Shown piece after piece: positions 52,839 to 63,698 of a DNA stretch of 63,698 nucleotides; within the stretch, counting starts at the first letter, position 1; every line of letters starts with the position of its first letter. The position numbers were made by a program, and so were the translations under genes. A model generated the notes under the pieces. It saw only the letters and a list, made by a program, of their open reading frames with translations, did not search any database and had not been told where the DNA came from. This DNA comes from Octopus bimaculoides (lineage: Eukaryota), in contig NC_068997.1 in assembly GCF_001194135.2 (NCBI RefSeq), positions 31,944,552 to 32,008,249 on the forward strand. The letters are read 5' to 3'.

Positions 52839-52875
<37 letters not shown>

Positions 52876-55800
52876 CAATGTTTGTATGCATAAATAAATA
52901 TAGTGTATGTTTGGAAACAAGTTGAAGCAAATTCAATTAAGTTCAGCATCAGTTCAAGTTGGTAGTCAATTGGTTGGTTGGTTGTCCAAATGGATTGAAG
53001 AAGAATCCAGTTTCAAGAGGTGATGAGACACACCGAAGTGATGAAAAAGAAAAGAAAAAAAACAAAAACACAATGTTATTAATATGGAATTAACAGAATG
53101 ATTTGTATATGTGATGGTGGATAGAAGTGAAAGCAAAGAAAGGATATGATGAGATGGAGATGAAAAAGAGGAAAAGTGAAAAAAATGTGAAAGAAAGAAA
53201 TGCAGATGAGGGAAGAGAAAGCAATATGAGTGAAATGAAATGATAACACATTAAAACTTACATAAACTCCAGAACACCTAGTTCTAGCTAAAGCTACAGC
53301 ATAATGCAAATAAATACAAACATAAAAGGATAAACGTGTGAAATCCAAGTAAAGACTCAACACATTAACACACATACAACAAGCACTTTAACACAAACAA
53401 CATACAGAAACAGTGACTAATGTACAAACACATATAAACATAAACCCAATGTGAACAGACACAACAATGACAAAAATACACGCAAAAACAATTATCATAT
53501 TTACCAGTATTGAAATGTAACGGAGAACTAGTTATCTAGTTGTTGGTTAGAGTTATTATATTTATAACTGAGATGTTTGAGAAAAGACACCAACACTAAT
53601 ACATCCTTTATCATTTACACCACTAATACCCTCTGGAGAGGTACCAACATCACTACATTGTACCTGAACCATATTTACACCTCCCAAATTTATAACATGT
53701 AAACAGGTATGTAAATATCACCACGTCCTCTTTTAGCCATGCTTCCACCACCCACATTACTAATCACCTTTGGACTGGGATAAATATCACTACATCATCT
53801 CGTTTGATTCATATCACTAACTTTTGGATAGGTATGAACATCTAGTTTTGACCATATGTACACCACTCACATGTTTTGGACAGGTATGAACATGAAGTCC
53901 CTACCAAGAATCACTTCACTAAGAATCTCCAGAAAAGCAAAAACATCACCACAACACGTCAAAGCACAACCTAAATACGTCTAAGACTGAATCTGTATAA
54001 AAGATATAACAAAGAAGCCTGCATGTGGCAACTCAAACAGGTAAAATTACCTGAAAAATCTTATGTTCATCCTAATGACTTAAAAATAGACTAAGACTAG
54101 CTACCATAGACTGCTAGAGTATAAATGCGTAAGTCTTTTTTTGTTTTTTGTTTTTTTTATTTTTTATCATATCAAAAGCTAAGTCTATTCAAAGTTTCAC
54201 CTCAGGCTGGGTTGTTTACAATGTGGGATAGAATAAATTTTTGGCAGTTTATACAAAGGTATGTTGACCTTGGAAGGATGTGTGTCAGTGGAGTGACGCT
54301 TTTGAAAACTAATTTTAAAATGTAGAGATTGTAATGGAAAGATATTGTTATGGTGTTGGGAAGTATGAATGGGTTGGGATAATCCTTACCTCTATTCATT
54401 GTCACATTATCAACCAAATTAATTGAAATTATTAGAAGAATAGTTAAATTATTACAGATCACTTTTGTACTGGTTCACATACAAGGACTTCATTGATAGT
54501 CTTAAAAAGAAGTTAAAGACATTGTTCATGAATTAGTCTCACAAGTTTTTCCTATTATAGCCCTGGACTGACCAATGTCTTATGAGTGAATTTTTTTTAG
54601 ACAAAAACTTGAAAGAAGCCCATCGCACGCACATGCATTCGTGTGTGTATGTGTGTGGGTATGTGTGCACTACTATCTCTTTGCCTTGATTTCATACGGC
54701 AGATGAAAATGAATATTACTGTTATGCAAGCAATATTATTTATTTCTAATCTTCTATGAAAATATGTCTGGTCAGGAAGAATAATAAATTACTTGGAAAC
54801 AGATGAAGGTTGGTGACAGCAAAGACATCTGGTAGTAGAAAACTGGCCTTCAGATTCTATCCATCCCATGCACTCATGGAAAAGTGGATGTTAAATGGTG
54901 ACATAACACACACACATGCAAATAGATACATATACTTGAAGTCTTACATCATAGATACACATTTATACATACACACTTTACTAGTTTGTTTAAAAATTAA
55001 CACCAACTCAAATGCACACACACACCAACATACACATATCTATATGCATACACACACGCATACATATAGAATGCTATGATATGTTCAATTAATCCTATAA
55101 ATACTTCTATACCGATTTCTCACTGGAGTGGTACATAGAGTGACAAAAGGTGCTTATGGAGTGATGTGAGGGTATATGGAGTGTTGTGTGGTTATGTGAA
55201 GTGCACAGTTGTGAGCAATGGTATGTCACATGCAAAAGTATAGAGTGGTGGAGTACTTGTCAGTGTGTGAGATGGTGTAGTTGTGTTGGGCCGTGTGCAA
55301 TAGAGTGGTACTGACAGATCAGAGTTATTGGTCAGAGCAGAACACTCTATTACCACCATCAACACCACACGTACCCACACTGACTTCAATGCCACTTCCA
55401 GTGATACCTGAAGTTGAAGGTACAAGGCCTTCTCATCCATCATTCACACTTGCTCCATATAAAAATTAAGACTTTTTACCTTTTATTCGTTTCAGTCATT
55501 AGATTGTGGTCATACTGGGGCACCGCCTTGAGCAGATTTAGTTGAATTAATCAACCCCAGGACTAATTTTCTTCTTAAGCTTGGGACTTATTCTATCATC
55601 TCTTTTGCTAAACTACTAAATTACAGGGACATAAACACACACACGATGAGTTTTTTTCAATTTCCGTCAACCAAATCCGCTCACAAGGGTTTGGTCAGCC
55701 TGAAGGCTATAATAGAAGTCACTTGCCCAAAGTGCCATGCAGTGGGAGTGAACCCAGAACCATGTGGTTGAGAAGCAAGCTTCTTACCATATAGCTATGC

Positions 55801-57724
55801 CTGTACCTGTGCCTATATTCACACAGCCACTCTTGTGCCTATGTATATATATATATATTTTTTATTAATGTTTCAGATGACCTCTACAGGAATGTGTGCA
55901 TATGTGAAAACTGTGTTATTAACGGTCCATATGTTAGGAGTAGGACCAGGGTTTCTATCCAGTAACATATGGTAGAGGGTAATGGGGTCCAGAGTCTCCC
56001 TCTCTCTCTCCCTTGCACTTAGCAAGTGTATCTTCACCTGTGTTCTACAGTAAGAGTTACTGTCAATTACTGCTAGAAGTTGAAGGTAATTAGACCATCT
56101 TATACAACAATCCTCATCATTATAGTTATCATCACCACCACCATTATTATTATTATTATTATTACTACTATTATTATTATTATTATGATTATTATTATTA
56201 TTATTAATATTATAGTTGTCATCATCATCATTATTGTCCAAGAAGAGCATTACCTGTGTTAATCTCACCAATCTCAGAAGGTTGCAAAAGACATGGACAC
56301 AACCTCTTCCACTCCCCAACCAAACCAATAAATATGTTTTTAATTATCATCATCATTGTTTTCATCATCCTTATCAACATATACTACAGCCTGGCAATCA
56401 TTAATACACTACACCAGATGACCGAACAATTTCTTCTCCACACTCCACTCAATGTTTCACCTTCATCCTTAATGTAAAATGACAAATGGTTGGCAGGCTT
56501 GATGCCATATGATATAATCAGTGCATGTGTGTGTGTGTTCTGATCTGATGCACCAGCTCGTCATCCCTCCAAGCTACAAAAGTAGCTCACTACTAAAGCT
56601 GATTGACATCTACCATGTCACATTTAGAGATCTACTGTCAGCAGACCATATACAACTCTGTCATAAGCAGTAGCTTCTCCACTCTCACAATTATCTAATA
56701 CACTACTGCCTTGCAGGGTCTTCACAATAAAAACTAGCTGAGATTCTACTACACCAATGAAGAAGAACCAAATCAATGCAGATATCTTACTTCACCATTC
56801 CTTATTGTATTTCAACAGACAAACCAAATATTCTAGGTATTTCACCTCTAAGATTGCCTTGTATTCAAATTAAAAACCTTCCAAATAATTTTTAAACATT
56901 TTTGTTGTCACATTCTATATATACAACAAATTAATTAATTTGATATTACTAAATCCCTTATCATGATTATTTTCAAAAGTAATTGAATTACATATGCAGT
57001 ATATTTCATTAGATTATATATCTATGAATGAGTTAAACTCTGCAATCTGAGTTATACACTGCCAATCAACACTGACCTTTGACATTCTCTACTACAATTT
57101 TAACATTCTTTACAATGTCTTTCTCTCACTCTTTCTATTTCTCTCTCTCTCTCTCTCTCTCTCTNNNNNNNNNNNNNNNNNNNNNNNNNNNNNNNNNNNN
57201 NNNNNNNNNNNNNNNNNNNNNNNNNNNNNNNNNNNNNNNNNNNNNNNNNNNNNNNNNNNNNNNNNNNNNNNNNNNNNNNNNNNNNNNNNNNNNNNNNNNN
57301 NNNNNNNNNNNNNNNNNNNNNNNNNNNNNNNNNNNNNNNNNNNNNNNNNNNNNNNNNNNNNNNNNNNNNNNNNNNNNNNNNNNNNNNNNNNNNNNNNNNN
57401 NNNNNNNNNNNNNNNNNNNNNNNNNNNNNNNNNNNNNNNNNNNNNNNNNNNNNNNNNNNNNNNNNNNNNNNNNNNNTTTTTTTTTTTTTTTTTTTTTTTT
57501 CCCCAGGCAGAACATATCAAGTTCTACATTATCCAGTTGTTTTGAAGGTTTCTTTTAACCTTTAAATGGTTGGTTATGAATTTAGAGGAGGACTGCTATA
57601 TCTAACATAGTGTCTCCCTTGTCCACTTTGGTTATTCTTCCTGTCATGTAGGATGTAAATCTATAAATGTCTTCCAAGCCCTAAGGGTTCTTTAGGAGTC
57701 AAATGCTTAGTTCATGACATTAAG

Positions 57725-58062
57725 CAGGTTTCTCAAAATGGTTTCCAAGGAACTCCAAGGCACCACATAAATACTCTGGTGTTTCACAATATTAGGTGAC
57801 TTTTTACTAAAAATTTTGAAAAATCTCATTTAAAAAATTGCTGTTTACTATTTTCAAAATGTTAAATTATATTTCTCTCTTTGAAACATTGTTTCTTTTA
57901 TTTTTTATTTCATATCATATTAAAATTAAGGTGCCAGGAGTTGTCCATAAAATGAAGATACAGGTTTTATGATTTTTGGAAAATCATATGGTGGCGGGGN
58001 NNNNNNNNNNNNNNNNNNNNGGGGGGGGGGGGTCTTCATCAAAATAAGTTTGGGAACAGCTG
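57725..58062. mobile_element. degenerate hAT-like MITE
   Basis: Ends caggtttctcaaa and aagtttgggaacagctg resemble CAGTGGTTCCCAAACTT-type TIRs; contains an N-gap. Confidence 0.4.
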
Positions 58063-59901
58063 CCCCAGAGGCTACCCTTAGTGTATGTCAGGTACAATTA
58101 CCAGAAGATCTGGTAGTTACACCACTCAGCTGGGTGGGGTTAACAATACTGCCTAAATGCATAATAAAAGGTCAATGAAGAATTTGAACTCAAGCTTTGC
58201 TTGTGAGAATGGATGGTTCAATATCATATATCATAGATTATTGAGTATTGTTTCTACCAAACATACATACAAAGAGGGGGGAGAGAAAAGTTCTGCTAGC
58301 ACATACACACACAGACACACATACACAGACACACACAAAGAGGAAGTAGGGAGACTAAATGGAGGTTGAGAAAGAAATTCTATAAAAGAGAAGGCAGATA
58401 AATTGGTGGCAACAGAAGTCCCCAGTGAATACAGAGCAATAAAATAAAATAGCAAACTGAAGTAGGTATTAGAGTTGATATGGTCAATTAAAAACCCTTG
58501 AAAGTGGTACCCTGTTGCCAGCACAGTCCAATCAATGAGTAAAACCAATAAAAGAGTATAAGAGAAACAAAAGTTTATTATATACACACTCACACATGCA
58601 GTTCCATTTCATGTATGCAGTTAGTTTGGTGGATCCCATTACTCAGCAAAAGATGCAATTCATCAAACATATTTTTACACAGTTTCCATCTCAATTTCAC
58701 TCGCATAGCTTGGGGCAACCCAAAATCATGATAGAATAGAAGACATTTTTCCAAGACGCTACAAAGTGGAATCAAATCTAAGCAAACATCCAACCCATTT
58801 GGCTAAACCCTTTTTTTTTTAATGTGTTTTTTTTTAAGACTTTGCATGAGCTTATTCCTCACACTGGAGACACTTGCAGCAGAACAGGCTCTACAAAAGG
58901 CACTCAAGAGCTACATGATGGTTAAACCAGACAACAAAGCCAAGGATAGCTACATTCTAGCAAAAAAAAAAACTCAACACAATTCCCATCTACCAAATTT
59001 CATAAGGATTGATAAGCTGACCTCAAAACCATTGTAGAAGACACTTTCCAAAGGTACCAAAACCTAATACTATGAAGTGTAGTCTGAGGGAAATTTAACT
59101 GCTTTTTCTAGCAAATCAAGTAACTACCTAGAGTGGAAATTTCCAAACCGTGTGTCACAAGTATAAAGTGAAATCTGATGAATTTTCACAAATATTTTGG
59201 TTATAATTTGAGATCTGATTATGCAAAGTATAATGATATGTGACTGGTGATACATGGCACCTTATTTAATTGTGTTTGTTGATTTTGTGTCGCTAATAAA
59301 ACTTAATTTTCAGTGAAAATTTTTTTTAAAAGGGGTCAAACCCTGGAAAGCTGTGACATAGTGGATCCTTTTTTGGATTCAGTAGTATTTATTGACATGA
59401 GAATTTTTGGGTAAATGTTAAGAAGTACATTAGATCACAGCTGGAAACAATTGGGTTTCACAGATGGGGTGGCACAGACATGTTTATTGATCTCATCACC
59501 AAAACATAATGAGAAAATAATAATCAAGTGAGAGAACTCCCTCCCCCAATATTGGTGGCACACTCATGTTTTACAGTTGAGTGACTGGTTAACAGAATTG
59601 TAAAAGCACCTGTTCATTCGACATAACATCATCATTTAACATCCGTGGTTTGACTGGAGCTAGTAAGGTCAGGGGCTGCACCAGGCTCCATTTGTCTGTT
59701 CTGGAATGGTTTTTATGGCTGGATGCACTTACTAATGCGAACTACTCTGCAGAGTGTACTAGGTGCTTTTTATGTGGCACCAGCATTGGTATCAATTCTA
59801 CTCTGGCAGACAGGCCTTCTAGAATACAGCAAAGCACCAGATATTTCGGTCCTTTGTCGTCTCCTTCATGGCGGCGGTGGTGGTGGTCGTCGTGGTGGTA
59901 A

Positions 59902-59943
<42 letters not shown>

Positions 59944-60942
59944 CAGCAGCAGCAGTAGTAGTGTGCTCTAAAATATTTTCTTCATAAAAATGTTAAATGT
60001 GTGTGTATTTAGTGTGCATTATTCATAAATAGTTAATTATATGTTATGTTATGATATATATATATATATATATATGAAATATGCATTATATATTGTATGC
60101 ATATATCATATACATATCATGTGTGTGTGTGTGTGTGTAGGTGTATTTTACTTGTTTCAGTCATTAGACTGTGGCCATGCTGGAGCACCACCTTGAATCA
60201 TGTTTAGTCAAATGGACTGAAATCAGTACTTATTTTTTTCAAAACCTTGTACTCATTTTATTGGTGTCTTTTTTCTGAACCACTAAATTACAGGGACATA
60301 AACACACCAACACCAGTCGTCAAACTGTGATGCTGAACAAAAGTAGAAACAAAGACACACACACACACACACACACACACACGGGCTCCTTTTCAATTTG
60401 TCTACAGATCTACTCACAATGTTTTGGTTAGCCTGAAGTTATAGTTGAAGATACTTGCCTAAGGGGCCATACAGTGGGACTGAACCTAAAACCATGAGGT
60501 TAGGAAGCAAATCTCTTATAACACAGTCACACCTGCACCCATGTTTGTGTGAGTGTGTGAGAGGAGAAAATGGATTATATATCACATGTATATAAAATGA
60601 ATATATATATATATATATATATATATCATAATTATCATCATCCACTTTTGCATGCTCACACAGGCTGGGGTGAATTTACTGAGGCACACACACACACACA
60701 CATGCCTCCATCGCCAACCCAAATTTGTTTCAAATAAGCTAATATTTCCCCCCCTGGCCAGATTATGTTTTCACAGAAGAATGGAAACAAAAGACACCAC
60801 TTCTATGATGGCAATGAATGCCTACAACAATCATACTGTCAAAACAAGAACAGGACACCAACAATAATACACTGACTTCTTTCAGTTTCTGTCTACCAAA
60901 TCCACTCACTTAGCATGGCTTTGGTTGGCCATACATATATAT

Positions 60943-60995
<53 letters not shown>

Positions 60996-61282
60996 ACATT
61001 TATGTTTTACATATATCTATGCTTGACCATTAAATCCACATTTTTTTTTATTCGCTCTCTGTTTATTTTCTCTTATCCGTTTCTGTTGAAGAACATAGGC
61101 TTGAAACATAACAGACTTTCTTGCGTTCTTGAGCATCAAACTAACACACCTGCTTGTTGTTCATACACCTGTCTTCGTCTTTTGTTTTTCTGCAAATTTC
61201 AACCATACCTATATATGCGCGTGTGTGTGTGTNNNNNNNNNNCTTTTGTTTTTCTGCAAATTTCAACCATACCTATATATGC

Positions 61283-61338
<56 letters not shown>

Positions 61339-61734
61339 CCGAAGTGTACGTACGGCGCTATATGTTTTATATATAAAAAATACAAAATGGGACAGGAACG
61401 CAAAACATCCAGACAATTAGGTGATACAAGAAAGGCACAACAAAACATCCAGATAGACCATACAAAAAACAAGGATGGGTCATTCGGAGTTTTCTTTCCT
61501 CAGTTGAGACATACAGATGAAAGGCAAATAAGAAAATGGAGAGGATATTTTATATCCTCTTCATTTTCTTATTTACATTATAAATCCTGGATAAATTTCC
61601 AATTTACCCTCATCAATATCTTGTATTCAACTGCAATATTGCCAGGCAATAGTAACCACTATAAATAAGTACACATCCAGTATTATATTGGCTATATAAT
61701 ATCCCTGAGATGGTTTCTTACCCTCTAACTCATA

Positions 61735-62760
61735 CAGACATATATACATATATACACATATATACATATACACAAATATACACATACATATACATACACA
61801 TATATACATACACATATATACATACACATATATATACATACATATATACATATACATACACACATATATACATACATATATATACATATATATACACATA
61901 TACATATATACATATATATACATACAAATACATATATACATATATATACATACAAATATATACATATATATACATACACATACATATACATATATATATA
62001 CACATACATATACATATATATATACACATACACATACATATATATATATATACACATACATATACATATATATATATATATACACATACATATACATATA
62101 TATATATACACATACATATACATATATATATATATATACACANNNNNNNNNNNNNNNNNNNNNNNNNNNNNNNNNNNNNNNNNNNNNNNNNNNNNNNNNN
62201 NNNNNNNNNNNNNNNNNNNNNNNNNNNNNNNNNNNNNNNNNNNNNNNNNNNNNNNNNNNNNNNNNNNNNNNNNNNNNNNNNNNNNNNNNNNNNNNNNNNN
62301 NNNNNNNNNNNNNNNNNNNNNNNNNNNNNNNNNNNNNNNNNNNNNNNNNNNNNNNNNNNNNNNNNNNNNNNNNNNNNNNNNNNNNNNNNNNNNNNNNNNN
62401 NNNNNNNNNNNNNNNNNNNNNNNNNNNNNNNNNNNNNNNNNNNNNNNNNNNNNNNNNNNNNNNNNNNNNNNNNNNNNNNNNNNNNNNNNNNNNNNNNNNN
62501 NNNNNNNNNNNNNNATACATATATATACATATATATACATACATATATATGCATACAAATATATACATATATATATATATACATACATATATACACATAC
62601 ATATATATATACATATATACACATATACATACATATATATACATACATATACACAAACACATACATAAACATACATATATATACATACATATATATTCAT
62701 ACATATATACGCATACATATATATATTCACACATACACATTCATACATATACATACATAA
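61735..62760. repeat. compound (TA)/(CATA) microsatellite spanning an N-gap
   Basis: Low-complexity tacatatatacaca-type array; the source of the YIYI/HTHT pseudo-ORFs. Representative of many (AT)n, (GT)n, (GAT)n, (TAG)n and (AAT)n arrays across the window. Confidence 0.95.
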
Positions 62761-62826
62761 CGATATATTACTAGGCTTTGCTTCAACTTATTTTCCCCAT
62801 CTATAAAACCAAACCCGCGTTGTGTT

Positions 62827-62868
<42 letters not shown>

Positions 62869-63057
62869 GTCTTTTGATTCATTTAATGTACGTATATTAA
62901 ATTTGTATTTGTGTGTTAAGCAGGCTCCAGCCAAGTTGGCTCGAACTAAGAAAAGAGAAGAGAGTGTATGTGTGTATGGTTGTGAATGGATTCGTGAATG
63001 TAATATCTATATGCGTGTAATTGTACACATACAATACACACAATTACACGCACATAC

Positions 63058-63093
<36 letters not shown>

Positions 63094-63659
63094 TTGCTGT
63101 GTCTCTGAAGAATGTATTTATTGTAAGTATATCTACAAATCGTACATGTGTATGTATATGCTATGGTTATGTTAAGAGAGACCAAATTTAAAACTGTTCA
63201 TGTGTAGAAAGTAAAAAGGAAAAGTAAGGAAGATAAGGAGAAAGTGAGTGAATGCTTCTGTGAGAGGGAGGGGGATAAGGGAGTAAAGAGAAAGGGAGGG
63301 GAAAGCCGGCAGCAGTAGCAGTAATGGCGTCAAAGGTGTTGGGTGAGCTAGATTCTTACCATAACTTCCTGCAAGCTGTCTAGACTATACTATGCTACTT
63401 ATATAGACACATGAAAAATACGGTGTAAGTGCTGAGCATAGTGGTGGCGGCAGTGAAGATGGTGGTGGCGGTTATGTAGGGGTGGTGGTAGTCTTCTTTC
63501 GTATAACGGACAGACCAGGACACTTACATAGACAGCACTTAACAGATGACCCACATAATAAATGTGTATGTGCATATATATACACACACACACACAAACA
63601 TATATACATACATACACATATGTATACACACATAAATACATAACTTGTATGTATGTATG

Positions 63660-63698
<39 letters not shown>

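Noticed and set aside
52634-52936. Track ORF MNLLQLVSK...GGTI
   Set aside because: Wrong frame over the real SAND exon.
57165-62514. Missing SKI DHD exon hidden in an N-gap
   Set aside because: The gaps are about 310-370 nt and bounded by microsatellites; the exon more likely lies beyond the window end, though this cannot be excluded.
63378-63385. Palindromic Smad-binding element GTCTAGAC inside the SKI locus
   Set aside because: About one such 8-mer is expected by chance in 64 kb of this composition, and there is no cluster.
180-63641. Most ORFs in the supplied track (YIYI, CVCV, HTHT, poly-X, poly-His/Ser/Thr)
   Set aside because: They are translations of microsatellites or N-gaps, with no splice-consistent or homologous content.

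Overview
AT-rich, microsatellite- and SINE-dense animal genomic DNA with about 11 N-gaps. The repeat families look like those of octopus/coleoid cephalopods (inference from recalled repeat sequences, not a search). The window is dominated by one minus-strand gene, a SKI/SnoN (Ski/Sno family) TGF-beta/Smad co-repressor. Seven GT-AG coding exons can be read directly: 52539-52832, 25867-26066, 20720-20809, 18579-18862, 18084-18277, 17774-17962 and 14390-14719. They join in frame into 1581 nt (526 aa plus stop), running from the SAND/Smad4-binding domain to the C-terminal coiled coil. The N-terminal Ski/Sno (DHD) exon(s) were not found and probably lie beyond position 63698. The rest is intron/intergenic DNA with several tRNA-derived SINE families, RTE and CR1 LINE fragments, mariner- and hAT-type MITEs and a Helentron-like element. 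Nearly all ORFs in the supplied track are microsatellite or N-gap artefacts. The best leads are: a pre-miRNA-like hairpin at 1342-1424; two in-frame candidate cassette exons (39 nt and 18 nt) in the 26.5-kb SKI intron; a splice acceptor preceded by A34 instead of a pyrimidine tract; a 167-nt fold-back element in a SKI intron; and two orphan exon-like segments downstream of SKI. I see no clear evidence of a wholly new multi-gene system.
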